The translations under genes and the position numbers were made by a program. Positions 21,205 to 30,757 of a stretch of DNA of 64,000 nucleotides are shown here, piece after piece. Position 1 is the first letter of the stretch; every line of letters begins with the position of its first letter. The stretch is from positions 414,884 through 478,883 of the forward strand of contig OY759982.1 in the NCBI GenBank assembly GCA_963662895.1, written 5' to 3'. The notes under the pieces were generated by a model. The model was given only the letters and a program-made list of their open reading frames with translations. It was not told the origin of the DNA and did no database searches. This DNA is from Prolixibacteraceae bacterium. Lineage in GTDB: Bacteria; Bacteroidota; Bacteroidia; Bacteroidales; Prolixibacteraceae.

Positions 21205-21899
21205 CCCCTGATCCGTTTTTCTGCTTCGTTGAGCGCCCACCGGAACTGCTCTTCGCGGGAGATATGGCTGTTGTCGAGCAAAAGCGCATCACTGGCCTGT
21301 TTCAGGGGGCTAGCCTCCCGCGACGAATCGATGTGGTCGCGTTCGAGCACATTCCGGAGTATCTCGTTAAAATCGACGGTCTGTCCTTTTGCCGTTAGTT
21401 CGTCGTACCTGCGTTGTGCACGGACTTCCGGCGAAGCAGTCATAAATATTTTTAGCCCGGCATTGGGAAAAACCACCGTCCCTATATCGCGGCCATCCAT
21501 CACAATGCCTTTGTCTTTACCCATTTTTTGCTGAAGTTTTACCATCGCAGCCCGTACTTCTTTGATGGTGGCAACAGGGCTTACATGGTTGGCAACAGGC
21601 AACAGGCGAATTTCTTCCTCCACATTTTCGCCATTCAGATAAGTTTCGTTTTGCCGGGTGTCAGGATTGAACCGAAATTCGATACTGATCTCGCCCAGAC
21701 GTGCAATCAGTCCTGCTTCATCTACTTTCTTGCCGGCAGCCAGCCCGTTACGCAGGGCAAACAAGGTTACCGCGCGGTACATGGCGCCTGTGTCGATGTA
21801 GATGTACCCCAGCTTTTTAGCCAGTTCTTTGGCAACGGTACTTTTTCCGCAGCCCGAATGGCCGTCGATGGCAATAATTATGCGGACAGGTTTTTCCAT
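21201..21899 (-). CDS. cmk: Cytidylate kinase
   Basis: [37 protein letters not shown]-loop / CMP-kinase signature. The likely start is the ATG at 21899 (MEKPVRI...). Confidence 0.9.
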   Translation of the reverse strand: MEKPVRIIIAIDGHSGCGKSTVAKELAKKLGYIYIDTGAMYRAVTLFALRNGLAAGKKVDEAGLIARLGEISIEFRFNPDTRQNETYLNGENVEEEIRLLPVANHVSPVATIKEVRAAMVKLQQKMGKDKGIVMDGRDIGTVVFPNAGLKIFMTASPEVRAQRRYDELTAKGQTVDFNEILRNVLERDHIDSSREASPLKQASDALLLDNSHISREEQFRWALNEAEKRIRG

Positions 21900-22134
21900 G
21901 TTTCTTTTTTGAGAAAACAAATATAAGGGAAAAGATAAGGTTTTTGTCAGGAATAAATAGTTTAGGATGAAATAAAATATCATTCCGTATAAGTTGCAAC
22001 AGACACAAAATAGCTCCTGCCTCAACCCCTTATTTATGAATTAAACCATTAGTGGCCGGTCATGCTTCAAATTTTGGGTTACCATGAAGGAGTTTTAACT
22101 TCATAGCTCTAAACATGAGCCTCTCCCTGCATCC

Positions 22135-22277
22135 AAAGTGACTTACTAACGTTAGTAAGTCACTCTTACTAGTATTAGTAATGCACTCTTACTAGTGTTA
22201 GTAATGCACTCTTACCAGTGTTAGTAAGTCACTATTACCAGTGTTAGTAATAATGCCTTACTGGTATTAGTAATTTG
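22135..22277. repeat. Tandem array of six ~23-bp direct repeats, each with an internal palindrome TTACTAGTGTTAGTAA. The first unit is a 28-bp perfect palindrome, AGTGACTTACTAACGTTAGTAAGTCACT.
   Basis: The units are directly visible: ctcttactagtgttagtaatgca x5 with small variations, contiguous with no spacers. Confidence 0.75.
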
Positions 22278-22496
22278 CTTTGTCTGCCTGATCCCCCATC
22301 GCCGTTCAGGGGCAGAATTTCACCTCAAGAGGGGGCCTGCCGGCTGTTTTGTCTTCCGAATCCGGGACGTGGCGGAGTGCATTGATAAAATAAAATGCTT
22401 AATAAGGAGGAAAGTCGTCGTAAAAATTTTGTCGGGTACCAAATTTCAAAAATTCAACTGTATCATTGTCAATGTAAACCCCGTCCCCGAAGTGGA

Positions 22497-23534
22497 TTAT
22501 TTTCTCCGGTAATTATCGTTCAGGTTAATGGCTACGGAAAAGTGGTTTGAGGCTCCTGCCAGATGATAACGGGCTAATCCGTAATTCAATTCAAAACGGG
22601 AGATTTCAAACCCGAAACCAAAAGTAAAACCCACCGTTGACGCTTTTTCATCGAATTTCAGTTCCTGTCTGCGCTGGTAATTATACCCTGCACGAAGCGT
22701 GAGATTTTCGGAAGGCAATAATTCAACACCCAGTATCATGTGGCGAAGAAATTTTTTTCCGATACCATCTTCTTTGGTCGTGTCGTCTGATGTTTCATCA
22801 TCTGTTTCGGTTTTTCCCAGAGTCCATTTCTGAAGGTGCTGTAAGGTTCCGGAGATTCGTAACGGGGCATGTCCCAGGCGCAGCGAGTAGCCCATTTGAA
22901 TATCGAAGGGAAGTGGTTCCCTGTTGCCACCATCGTAGTAAGTAGTGATTTGTGTCCCGATATTTTTCAGGGCCAGACCAATGGTGGTAAGCCCGTCTTT
23001 ACTTTGGTAAGCAGCCCCCAGATCAACAGCAATCCCTGCCGACTGATACGACTCAAACGACGACCAGATCGGTTTCAGGGTGCCTCCAACCAAAATGCGG
23101 TTGAACTGGTATGACCAGATAATATTCAGGGCATATTCAGCAGCCTTAAAAGTACTCCCGGTCTTTGTCCCGTCGGGTAACGCTTCGATAAAAGTCCCGT
23201 AATTAATATAGTGCATCCCTGCTGCAAAATTGCCCGGCCACTTAACAGGCAAGGCATATGCGACATAGCCGTAATTTACATCGCTGATATAATTCACATA
23301 GTTGGCAACCAAATGATTTTGCATGTCTTCGGTAAGCAGGGCCGGGTTGTTGTAGGCCACATTTAAATCGGTCTCATCTGCCAGGGCAACCTGGGTTCCA
23401 CCCAATGCAGCCATCCTGGCCGAGTTTACCAGATTCAGGAATTCATACGTATTCTCACCACCAATCTGTGCTTCCGAAAGGAACGGGACGATCAGAAAAA
23501 GCGACAAGAGGTATTTATGATTCATGGTATTCAT
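22497..23534 (-). CDS. Outer-membrane beta-barrel protein, PorQ-like (T9SS-associated family)
   Basis: Signal peptide. N-terminal motif YEFLNLVNSARMAALGG resembles the conserved PorQ-family N-terminus. C-terminal aromatic terminus. The family call is from memory only. Confidence 0.45.
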   Translation of the reverse strand: MNTMNHKYLLSLFLIVPFLSEAQIGGENTYEFLNLVNSARMAALGGTQVALADETDLNVAYNNPALLTEDMQNHLVANYVNYISDVNYGYVAYALPVKWPGNFAAGMHYINYGTFIEALPDGTKTGSTFKAAEYALNIIWSYQFNRILVGGTLKPIWSSFESYQSAGIAVDLGAAYQSKDGLTTIGLALKNIGTQITTYYDGGNREPLPFDIQMGYSLRLGHAPLRISGTLQHLQKWTLGKTETDDETSDDTTKEDGIGKKFLRHMILGVELLPSENLTLRAGYNYQRRQELKFDEKASTVGFTFGFGFEISRFELNYGLARYHLAGASNHFSVAINLNDNYRRK

Positions 23535-23562
23535 GGTTGTATCATTGTATGGTCCAACCCTG

Positions 23563-24804
23563 TTATTTTTTCCTGTGTCCTGAAGTTTTGCCTGAAGGTT
23601 TTCTTTTTTTTGAATAATACCGTCGTTTACTGCTTTTCTTTTTGCTGTATGTTTTTACTTTCCATTCGGGACCTTCCCCTAATTCTTCCGGTAAGGGGAT
23701 TTTAATTACCTCCCGTTCGATAAGTTGTTCGATGCGGTGGAATTTTCCTATGTCCTTTTCATTGATCAGGCTGACAGCGATCCCGGTTTTGTCGGCACGG
23801 GCTGTACGTCCGACCCGGTGCACATAGTCTTCAGCCGAAGAAGGTACATCATAGTTGATAATCAGGTTGATGTCCTTGATGTCAATGCCGCGGCTGAGCA
23901 CATCGGTTGCAACCAGTATACGGGTGCGTTTTGACTTGAATCCCATCAAAACTTCTTCGCGTTCCTTTTGTTCCAGGTCGGAAGAAATGCCTTTTACCGT
24001 GTTCCCGCGTTTCCTTAATGCCCTGGCTATTTCGAAAACATTCTTTTTGGTTGAACTGAAGATCAGGATACTGTCAAAGTCCGGTTTATCGCTGATCAGA
24101 TGGTCGATTAACGGAATTTTTTGTTCGTTGTAGGTCAGGTAAGCCGCCTGTAAAACCCCTTCGGCTGGTTTCGAGATAGCTGTACTGATTTCGACAGGCT
24201 TGTTCAGTATTTTAGATGCCAGTTCCCTTATTTTCTGGGGCATGGTAGCTGAAAACATAAGGGTTTGCCGTTTTTCAGGAACATAGCTGAGAATGCGGAG
24301 AATATCGTCGTAGAAACCAATATCGAGCATGCGGTCGGCTTCGTCGAGGATTACGTATTTTACCTTGTCGAATTTTACATAGCCCAGATTTAGATGAGAG
24401 ATCAGTTTGCCGGGGGTTGCCACGATGATGTCGGTACCCCTGGTGAGGGCACGGCACTCCTGATCCCAGTCGGAACCTTCACGTCCCCCGTAAACAGCTA
24501 CTGAATTGATATTTACGAAATAACTGAATCCCTGTATCTGCTGGTTAATCTGGATGGCCAGTTCCCGGGTGGGGACGATGATTAAAGTGGAAAGGTCGTG
24601 AGTGTTTTCTTCTGCAATTTTATCGAGTATTGGTAATGTAAATGCTGCTGTTTTTCCGGTACCTGTTTGTGCGCAGGCAAGCAAATCTTTATCTTCCATA
24701 ATAACCGGGATTGTCATTTCCTGTATCGGGGATGCCTTTTCATAACCCATGTAATCAATTGCATCCAGAATACAGTCATGCAAATCGAACTCATCAAACC
24801 TCAT
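23563..24804 (-). CDS. DEAD-box ATP-dependent RNA helicase with a basic C-terminal tail
   Basis: Q-motif, AQTGTGKT, DEAD, SAT and HRVGRTAR motifs. Lys/Arg-rich C-terminus. Confidence 0.9.
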   Translation of the reverse strand: MRFDEFDLHDCILDAIDYMGYEKASPIQEMTIPVIMEDKDLLACAQTGTGKTAAFTLPILDKIAEENTHDLSTLIIVPTRELAIQINQQIQGFSYFVNINSVAVYGGREGSDWDQECRALTRGTDIIVATPGKLISHLNLGYVKFDKVKYVILDEADRMLDIGFYDDILRILSYVPEKRQTLMFSATMPQKIRELASKILNKPVEISTAISKPAEGVLQAAYLTYNEQKIPLIDHLISDKPDFDSILIFSSTKKNVFEIARALRKRGNTVKGISSDLEQKEREEVLMGFKSKRTRILVATDVLSRGIDIKDINLIINYDVPSSAEDYVHRVGRTARADKTGIAVSLINEKDIGKFHRIEQLIEREVIKIPLPEELGEGPEWKVKTYSKKKSSKRRYYSKKRKPSGKTSGHRKK

Positions 24805-24862
24805 ATTATATCTTCTAAAATCGCATCAAAGTTAATACATTACATCCAGCAAATTGTGAATA

Positions 24863-25924
24863 TTAAAGAATTCCTTTTAGTATTTTGTATTCATATTCGA
24901 AATTAGGGGTGAAGATTTCTTTCCCTGTGTTTTTTTCAACCTGGTTTTTAGTCCAGAAACGGCCTTCTTCTACTTCTTCTGAATGGATATTAATATTTTT
25001 GAAATCGTAAGTAACAAATACGTAAACCAGTTCGGCTTCAATTTCGGTTTCCCACCGGTAGGTTTTTACCAGCCGTGCCGAAAAATCTTTTAACCCGATT
25101 TCTTCCCACGCTTCCCGTTTCAGGGAATCTTCCAGCTTTTCACCGAATGAAATATGTCCACCAACGGCAGTATCCCATTTACCCGGCTGTACAAGTTTAT
25201 CCATTGGACGCTTCTGCAGGAAAATAGCTTTGTTTTTATTTATTACATGAAGATGTACCACCGGGTGCAGGAGTTTTTCTCCGAGGTGACATTGCGAGCG
25301 TGGGGCTTTTCCTGTAATTTGGCCTTGTTCGTCGACCAAAGGCAGCCATTCTTCGTTTAACAAATTTTTCTGTTTGCGCTTTTGCTTCAGTAACTCAATG
25401 AGGAACACAAGGCCGAATAAGATATAAAACAATCCGCCACTGATAAAAACCCAGGCTTCTTTTGACATGAAGAACGCAGAATAAAACACGAGCAGTGTAT
25501 GTCCCAGGAAAATGAAGAACATCATTTTCATACTATTCCTGAGTTGTTTTAATTGCCCGCCGTTCATTTTTAAATCTTTCATGTACCGTTGGGTCATCAG
25601 TCCTATAATATTAAGGGGCGAAAAAGCTGAAACGGCCAGTATTGCGCACAGTATTAATTCGACCAGTCCGGGTTTGAGTTTGAAAAAAATATCGTTTTCG
25701 AGCAGGATGGATACGCCTCCGAGGACCACCAGCAAAAGCGTATCGAACAAAACAAATTTATCAAACCGTTTTTCTTTGACCCCGACCCATATCAGTTCGG
25801 CCACGCCAATAACAAGAGCTGCAACCAGCCCTGCCGTAGTTCCCCAAATTTCATCGATGGCAATAAAAACAAAAAGCGGAAGGAATCCGGGTAATAATTT
25901 TTTCAGTAACTCAATCTTGTTCAT
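24863..25924 (-). CDS. Fusion protein: N-terminal multi-TM domain (YciB/IspZ-like) + C-terminal NUDIX hydrolase
   Basis: Roughly 190 aa of hydrophobic helices, followed by a NUDIX box (GGHISFGEKLEDSLKREAWEEIG). Confidence 0.65.
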   Translation of the reverse strand: MNKIELLKKLLPGFLPLFVFIAIDEIWGTTAGLVAALVIGVAELIWVGVKEKRFDKFVLFDTLLLVVLGGVSILLENDIFFKLKPGLVELILCAILAVSAFSPLNIIGLMTQRYMKDLKMNGGQLKQLRNSMKMMFFIFLGHTLLVFYSAFFMSKEAWVFISGGLFYILFGLVFLIELLKQKRKQKNLLNEEWLPLVDEQGQITGKAPRSQCHLGEKLLHPVVHLHVINKNKAIFLQKRPMDKLVQPGKWDTAVGGHISFGEKLEDSLKREAWEEIGLKDFSARLVKTYRWETEIEAELVYVFVTYDFKNINIHSEEVEEGRFWTKNQVEKNTGKEIFTPNFEYEYKILKGIL

Positions 25925-25994
25925 TGGCTGTCGTTACCGGGTGACGCCCGTATCGTTATTGTTTTTCCTGGAATTACAACAATTCTTTTGTTTG

Positions 25995-27029
25995 TTATCT
26001 TTTGGATTTCTTCAATTGTTCCTCATATACCGGCAACAGGGCTTCAAAGCTATCGACAGCTTCCTGAAGTGGCACGTAAATTTCACCGCCGGCAGCATTT
26101 AAATGTCCGCCTCCATTGAAGTTTTTTTCTGAAAAACGGTTTACAGGGAAACTTCCTTTCGAGCGAAAGGAGACTTTCACATGATCATCATTTTCAGTAA
26201 AAAAAGCACTAAAATGAATATTTTTTATGGAGAGGGGATAATTCACAAAACCTTCGCTGTCTCCCTTTTTAAAGTTGAATTGCTTCTGGTCGTCTTTTGT
26301 GAGGTACAGATAGGCCGCGTGGTATTGGGGAAACACTTTCATCCGGTTGTTCAGACAATATCCCAGTAAGCGCATGCGTTCTTCCGAGAAATTATCGTAA
26401 ATTGCCGAATGAATTTCATCCTGGTCAATGCCATATTCTATAAGTTTGCTGATGGATTGAAAGGTTTCAGGACTGGAAACATTGTAGTTAAACGATCCGG
26501 TATCGGTCATGATTCCTGTATATAAGCAGGCTGCAACATCCTTATCGATGTATGGGTGCAGGCCGGTTTCATGGAGTAGCGCAAAAACCAGTTCTGCCGT
26601 TGAACTCCGGCTGATATCAGAGATCATAATATCCGCAAAATCCGCAGGATCAGGATGATGATCAATCAGCACCCGGGTACCTTCAAAATTTTCAATAAGT
26701 TTTTCCATTTCACCTGCCCTCGACGGCTGGTTAAAGTCCATACAAATCAATACGGCAGCATCGTTCAGTATTTTTATCGCAGCCTCCTTCTTCCAGACGA
26801 ATACCAATGCATCGGAATGGCCGCACATCCAATTGTAGTATGATGCATAACTGTTTGGACTGATTACTTTTACATCCAATCCTTTATTTTTCAGTACTTT
26901 CCACAGGCCAAAGACCGAACCTGTGGCATCGCCATCGGCATTAATATGAGGTACCAATACGAATGTCCCGTGATTATTTGACAGGCAATGCCTGAATTTA
27001 TTAATGGTTTCTGTGTTAAAATGATTCAA
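25995..27029 (-). CDS. nrnA: DHH/DHHA1 phosphoesterase (NrnA-like bifunctional oligoribonuclease/pAp phosphatase)
   Basis: DHH motif (LIDHHP), a DxD motif (HINADGD) and a GGGH motif near the C-terminus (FNGGGHLNAAG). Confidence 0.8.
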   Translation of the reverse strand: MNHFNTETINKFRHCLSNNHGTFVLVPHINADGDATGSVFGLWKVLKNKGLDVKVISPNSYASYYNWMCGHSDALVFVWKKEAAIKILNDAAVLICMDFNQPSRAGEMEKLIENFEGTRVLIDHHPDPADFADIMISDISRSSTAELVFALLHETGLHPYIDKDVAACLYTGIMTDTGSFNYNVSSPETFQSISKLIEYGIDQDEIHSAIYDNFSEERMRLLGYCLNNRMKVFPQYHAAYLYLTKDDQKQFNFKKGDSEGFVNYPLSIKNIHFSAFFTENDDHVKVSFRSKGSFPVNRFSEKNFNGGGHLNAAGGEIYVPLQEAVDSFEALLPVYEEQLKKSKR

Positions 27030-27207
27030 AACTCTAATCTTAATTAATAATTTACAAATATAGAAATTCTGTTGTTGGCAAGTTCAGATAGAAATTTAAT
27101 TTCTACTTTTAGGCTTTGTTATTTCCCCGATGTTCCCGGAATAGTTGAACAACCGGGGTAATTTTTTGTTCAGGAAACAGATTGTTAATTAAAAATACAG
27201 ACTTATT

Positions 27208-27630
27208 ATGGCAGGAAGCAGAACTTTTACGATGATTAAACCGGAGGCCGTTAAAAATAACCATATCGGTCCTATCTTGAATATGATTACAGGGGCAGGC
27301 TTTCGTATTGTTGCTATGAAAATGACCCGGCTGAGTAAATCACAGGCCGAAGCATTTTATAGTGTTCACCGTGAAAAGCCTTTTTTCGAAGGACTTACTG
27401 ATTTCATGAGCTCCGGACATATTGTGGCAGCTATTCTTGAAAAAGATAATGCTGTTAAGGCATACCGTAAACTGATAGGGGCCACCGATCCGAAGGAAGC
27501 TGAAGAGGGGACTATCCGGAAACTGTTTGCCGAATCGAAGTCTCAAAATGCAGTTCATGGTTCCGACAGTGACGAGAATGCAAAAATTGAATGTGATTTC
27601 TTCTTTTCAGAGATTGAAAGATACAGTTAG
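27208..27630 (+). CDS. ndk: Nucleoside diphosphate kinase
   Basis: [10 protein letters not shown] and NAVHGSDS active-site motifs. 140 aa. Confidence 0.95.
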   Translation: MAGSRTFTMIKPEAVKNNHIGPILNMITGAGFRIVAMKMTRLSKSQAEAFYSVHREKPFFEGLTDFMSSGHIVAAILEKDNAVKAYRKLIGATDPKEAEEGTIRKLFAESKSQNAVHGSDSDENAKIECDFFFSEIERYS

Positions 27631-27687
27631 TTAATTTTATTTGCCATTTCCATTTTTCCATTGTGGCTGAATACTGAATTTTGATTT

Positions 27688-27900
27688 TTACCGGAGGTCA
27701 AGTTTCGTTTGGGGATCGGCCGGTTTTTGTTTTAGATAATCGTTAACAATCTGATCGATAGCCACCAGACATTTACCGCACGATGTTCCTGCACGGGTAA
27801 ATTCCTGAATTTTTTCTGTGGAGACACCTCCTTTTTTCAGAACGGAAATGATTTCATCTTCCGTTACAAAATTGCACATACATACCAAACGGTTTCCCAT
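27688..27900 (-). CDS. BFD-like [2Fe-2S]-binding domain protein
   Basis: C-x-C ... C-x2-C spacing (CMCNFVTEDEI...GTSCGKC) typical of the bacterioferritin-associated ferredoxin domain. The start overlaps the stop of the upstream HD gene. Confidence 0.65.
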   Translation of the reverse strand: MGNRLVCMCNFVTEDEIISVLKKGGVSTEKIQEFTRAGTSCGKCLVAIDQIVNDYLKQKPADPQTKLDLR

Positions 27901-28718
27901 TATTTCGATTTTGCAGGGGGACTGTTTTCAACAAATTTATTCTCGATATGAAGTTTGATGATACGGTAGGCGTTGATAATCCCGTCCTGTTTGGGCAGCG
28001 TGTTATATATTTTTTCGATGTACCTGTTCTGGTTCAGAATATTAAAAGAAGCCCGGTAATTCAGGTCGAAAACCCACGACATAAGCATTAACCTGAAATC
28101 GTTCATGGTTTTCAAATCCTCTTTCTTCACGAGTTTCTCCTGAAGGATTGATTTGATAACTTTGTCGGAAACCGGGTTCAGGTTGGACAGGTCGTACATT
28201 ATTGTTTTCATATCGTCGCTGCTTTTATCCCGGAACTGATTGGTAAACAAGGCCAAGACATCAAGTTTATCAGCATCGCGGATCAACTGGCAAAACATTT
28301 GTGTTTGCTCTTCTTCCTGTTTAGGGAACTGAATTTTTGAGTGGTACTGAACGGCTGTTTTTATAATATGCTGCGTTGCCTCATCAATTTCTGCAAAAAA
28401 ATCAGACTCTTCAAGTACATTTACTGATAATAAAGCATGATCTTCCGATTTTTCATCGTTAAAAGTTCCGTATTTAGTAAACTGGGGAAACCGTCCTGCA
28501 TCATGAAACAGTGCGATGATTTCAGCAATTCTTTTTTGCTCCTCATTCAGTGATAAAGCATTGGTGAGCTTATCCATGTTTTCAACTACCCGTAAAGTAT
28601 GATTCTTTTTCAGATCGATACTCCTCTGAACAATACTGTCATCCGATTTATAGTTCTGATAATACGAGTCAAAATAAAATCTTGCTATTTTCAGAATATT
28701 TTCTGTCAACATAACCAT
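27900..28718 (-). CDS. HD-domain phosphohydrolase
   Basis: His...HD metal-binding signature (LFHDAGR). Confidence 0.65.
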   Translation of the reverse strand: MVMLTENILKIARFYFDSYYQNYKSDDSIVQRSIDLKKNHTLRVVENMDKLTNALSLNEEQKRIAEIIALFHDAGRFPQFTKYGTFNDEKSEDHALLSVNVLEESDFFAEIDEATQHIIKTAVQYHSKIQFPKQEEEQTQMFCQLIRDADKLDVLALFTNQFRDKSSDDMKTIMYDLSNLNPVSDKVIKSILQEKLVKKEDLKTMNDFRLMLMSWVFDLNYRASFNILNQNRYIEKIYNTLPKQDGIINAYRIIKLHIENKFVENSPPAKSK

Positions 28719-28927
28719 TAATTATGAGGTTCAAAAGTATAGATTTTTTAAAATTGGGTTTCCACCTTTTTCAGATAATTATTAACAATCGATCATTTGA
28801 TTTTGCATTGGATTGTTTACACGAAGAAAAAGAGGGATAATTTTTAGAGTCCCGGTGCATGTTTTTTGTTAAAATACGGGCAGACAACCGAAGATTTATT
28901 ATTTTTGTGCGCTTAACACAGAAAACG

Positions 28928-29001
28928 GGTCCCATAGTTCAATGGATAGAATATCAGATTCCGGTTCTGACGATCTGGGTTCGAATCCCGGTGGGATCAC
29001 C
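28928..29001 (+). tRNA. tRNA-Arg (anticodon CCG)
   Basis: Manual fold. Acceptor GGTCCCA/TGGGATC, D-arm GTTC...GAAT, anticodon arm TCAGA-TTCCGGT-TCTGA (anticodon CCG), T-arm CTGGG-TTCGAAT-CCCGG. Discriminator A, then CC. Confidence 0.85.
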
Positions 29002-29176
29002 TTACAAAATCAAAAGCCTCGTAATTATAGGTATTACGGGGCTTTTGTGTGTTCGATATGAATGCTAAATATATTTTAGAAATAAGTAAAGTATTGTAAT
29101 ACAATTAATTAACTATTAGAGTGCCTTAAGGTTAAATAATTGTACAACAATTAAAAAACACTTTATAAAAAATAAC

Positions 29177-30757
29177 TTATAAAGACTCGATTTCAATCCT
29201 TAGAAACCTGATTGTTCCATTTTTAAACCATCCCGGAAAATTTTTAATAAGGGCTGAATTTACCATAATTGCCCCGCCTACATTTAATTGGCAATCCACT
29301 GGATTGCAATTTTCAACGATGTATGTTTTTTCTTTTTCACTATGCAGTTTTTTATGCGAGCCAGGAATAACTTGCAAAGCAAACTCTTTTGATTTTGGTT
29401 GTGAAAGCAGAACAACTAATTCAAGTTTTTTCAAATCCCCGGACTGCTTAAATTCCAGAAACTGCTCCGGTATTTTCTCGTAATAAGTAACAGTATTTAT
29501 GGAGTATTGACCTGCCAACTGTGTAAGAATTTTCTCTACTGAAGGTATCAATAAAATAGAACTTACATTTTTCTCTATCCCTAAATCGATGATTTTGGGT
29601 TTACCAGGAGTATTGTCTAATGAATTGTTTTTATATAATGCCAGACTCAATTGGTTTATACTTCGCCTGGAATAAAGTTGGTTAACCGTACAAAATCCGT
29701 TTTTAAAATATTTCTTACCTAAGGAAACAATTCCTTTCTCATTAATCGAGGTATTGTATAGTTCAAGTGCATTATTGAGTCTATCTGTAATGTTTGTACG
29801 CAAACGATCAGGTGCCAGAACAACAATACCGTCGCCCAGTCCCAGTATTTCCTTTTCCAATTCAAAATTGAGCTGCACTTCCAGTGAAATAGTAACCCCG
29901 TATTCATTTTCGTCTATTAATTTTTGCGACGAGTGGAAGGGTTTCGTTAGCACATAAGGCGCATGTTTGCGGGTAACGAACAGTACAATCTTCTCGGCCT
30001 TTGAACCATGATTTACCGTTACTCCAATCACGTTTTTGAAATACACGTCAGCGTCGAACCCCATTTCATCTGAAAAAATTCTTTCTGTGTTCTTAACTTC
30101 AATTATCCGGTCAATAGCAAGATTAAACAGTGGATGAGCATTGGTTTTTGAACCAATCAGGAACCAGCGGTTACGAAACTCTTTTAAAAGATAAGGATAA
30201 AACAAAAATGTACTTGCCTGCCTTGCCGTAAAAGACTGATAAGTGATTTCAAGAATATTCTTTCTATTGATAGCCTGATATAATTTTTCAAGAAATTCAA
30301 TTCCCTTCAAATCCTCATTTTTTTCAAAATCAATGACCGGCTTCCGGTTTACTTTCTGCGAATAGATATGGTCCTCAAGCTTTTGCACCATTGAATCCAG
30401 TTCCCTGAAATGAGAAAATCCTTTGAATTGTTTCAGAAAATCAACTGTTTCTGTTAGCTTATCCAGGTCTCCCTCAGAAAGCGGGATATTCATAATACTG
30501 TAGTCAGGATCTTCGTAGGTGTAATATTTCCGGTCTATAATTACGATTGGGGCATTGTATCCAAGCTTATCACTCCGCATTAACTGGATATCCATTTGAA
30601 CTGTTCTCCGGCTCACTCCTTTGTCAATACCCTCATATTCATACAAAGCATCGGAACAGGCATCAATTAAATCTTCCAAAGTCCATTTCCGATATCGGTT
30701 TTGTAAGCACAAATCAATGGTTTTGTAGCGAATAAGCGCATTTCGGTTGACTGGCAT
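29177..30757 (-). CDS. WYL-domain transcriptional regulator (wHTH + WYL) with a ~200-aa C-terminal extension
   Basis: N-terminal YafY-like HTH (GVSRRTVQMDIQLMRS). WYL signature region NRWFLIGSKTNAHPLFNLAIDRIIEV. The protein is unusually long (526 aa). Confidence 0.6.
   Translation of the reverse strand: MPVNRNALIRYKTIDLCLQNRYRKWTLEDLIDACSDALYEYEGIDKGVSRRTVQMDIQLMRSDKLGYNAPIVIIDRKYYTYEDPDYSIMNIPLSEGDLDKLTETVDFLKQFKGFSHFRELDSMVQKLEDHIYSQKVNRKPVIDFEKNEDLKGIEFLEKLYQAINRKNILEITYQSFTARQASTFLFYPYLLKEFRNRWFLIGSKTNAHPLFNLAIDRIIEVKNTERIFSDEMGFDADVYFKNVIGVTVNHGSKAEKIVLFVTRKHAPYVLTKPFHSSQKLIDENEYGVTISLEVQLNFELEKEILGLGDGIVVLAPDRLRTNITDRLNNALELYNTSINEKGIVSLGKKYFKNGFCTVNQLYSRRSINQLSLALYKNNSLDNTPGKPKIIDLGIEKNVSSILLIPSVEKILTQLAGQYSINTVTYYEKIPEQFLEFKQSGDLKKLELVVLLSQPKSKEFALQVIPGSHKKLHSEKEKTYIVENCNPVDCQLNVGGAIMVNSALIKNFPGWFKNGTIRFLRIEIESL

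Noticed and set aside
22135-22277. Possible CRISPR array
   Set aside because: The repeats are contiguous with no unique spacers between them, and no cas genes are nearby. This is a tandem palindromic repeat array, not a CRISPR.
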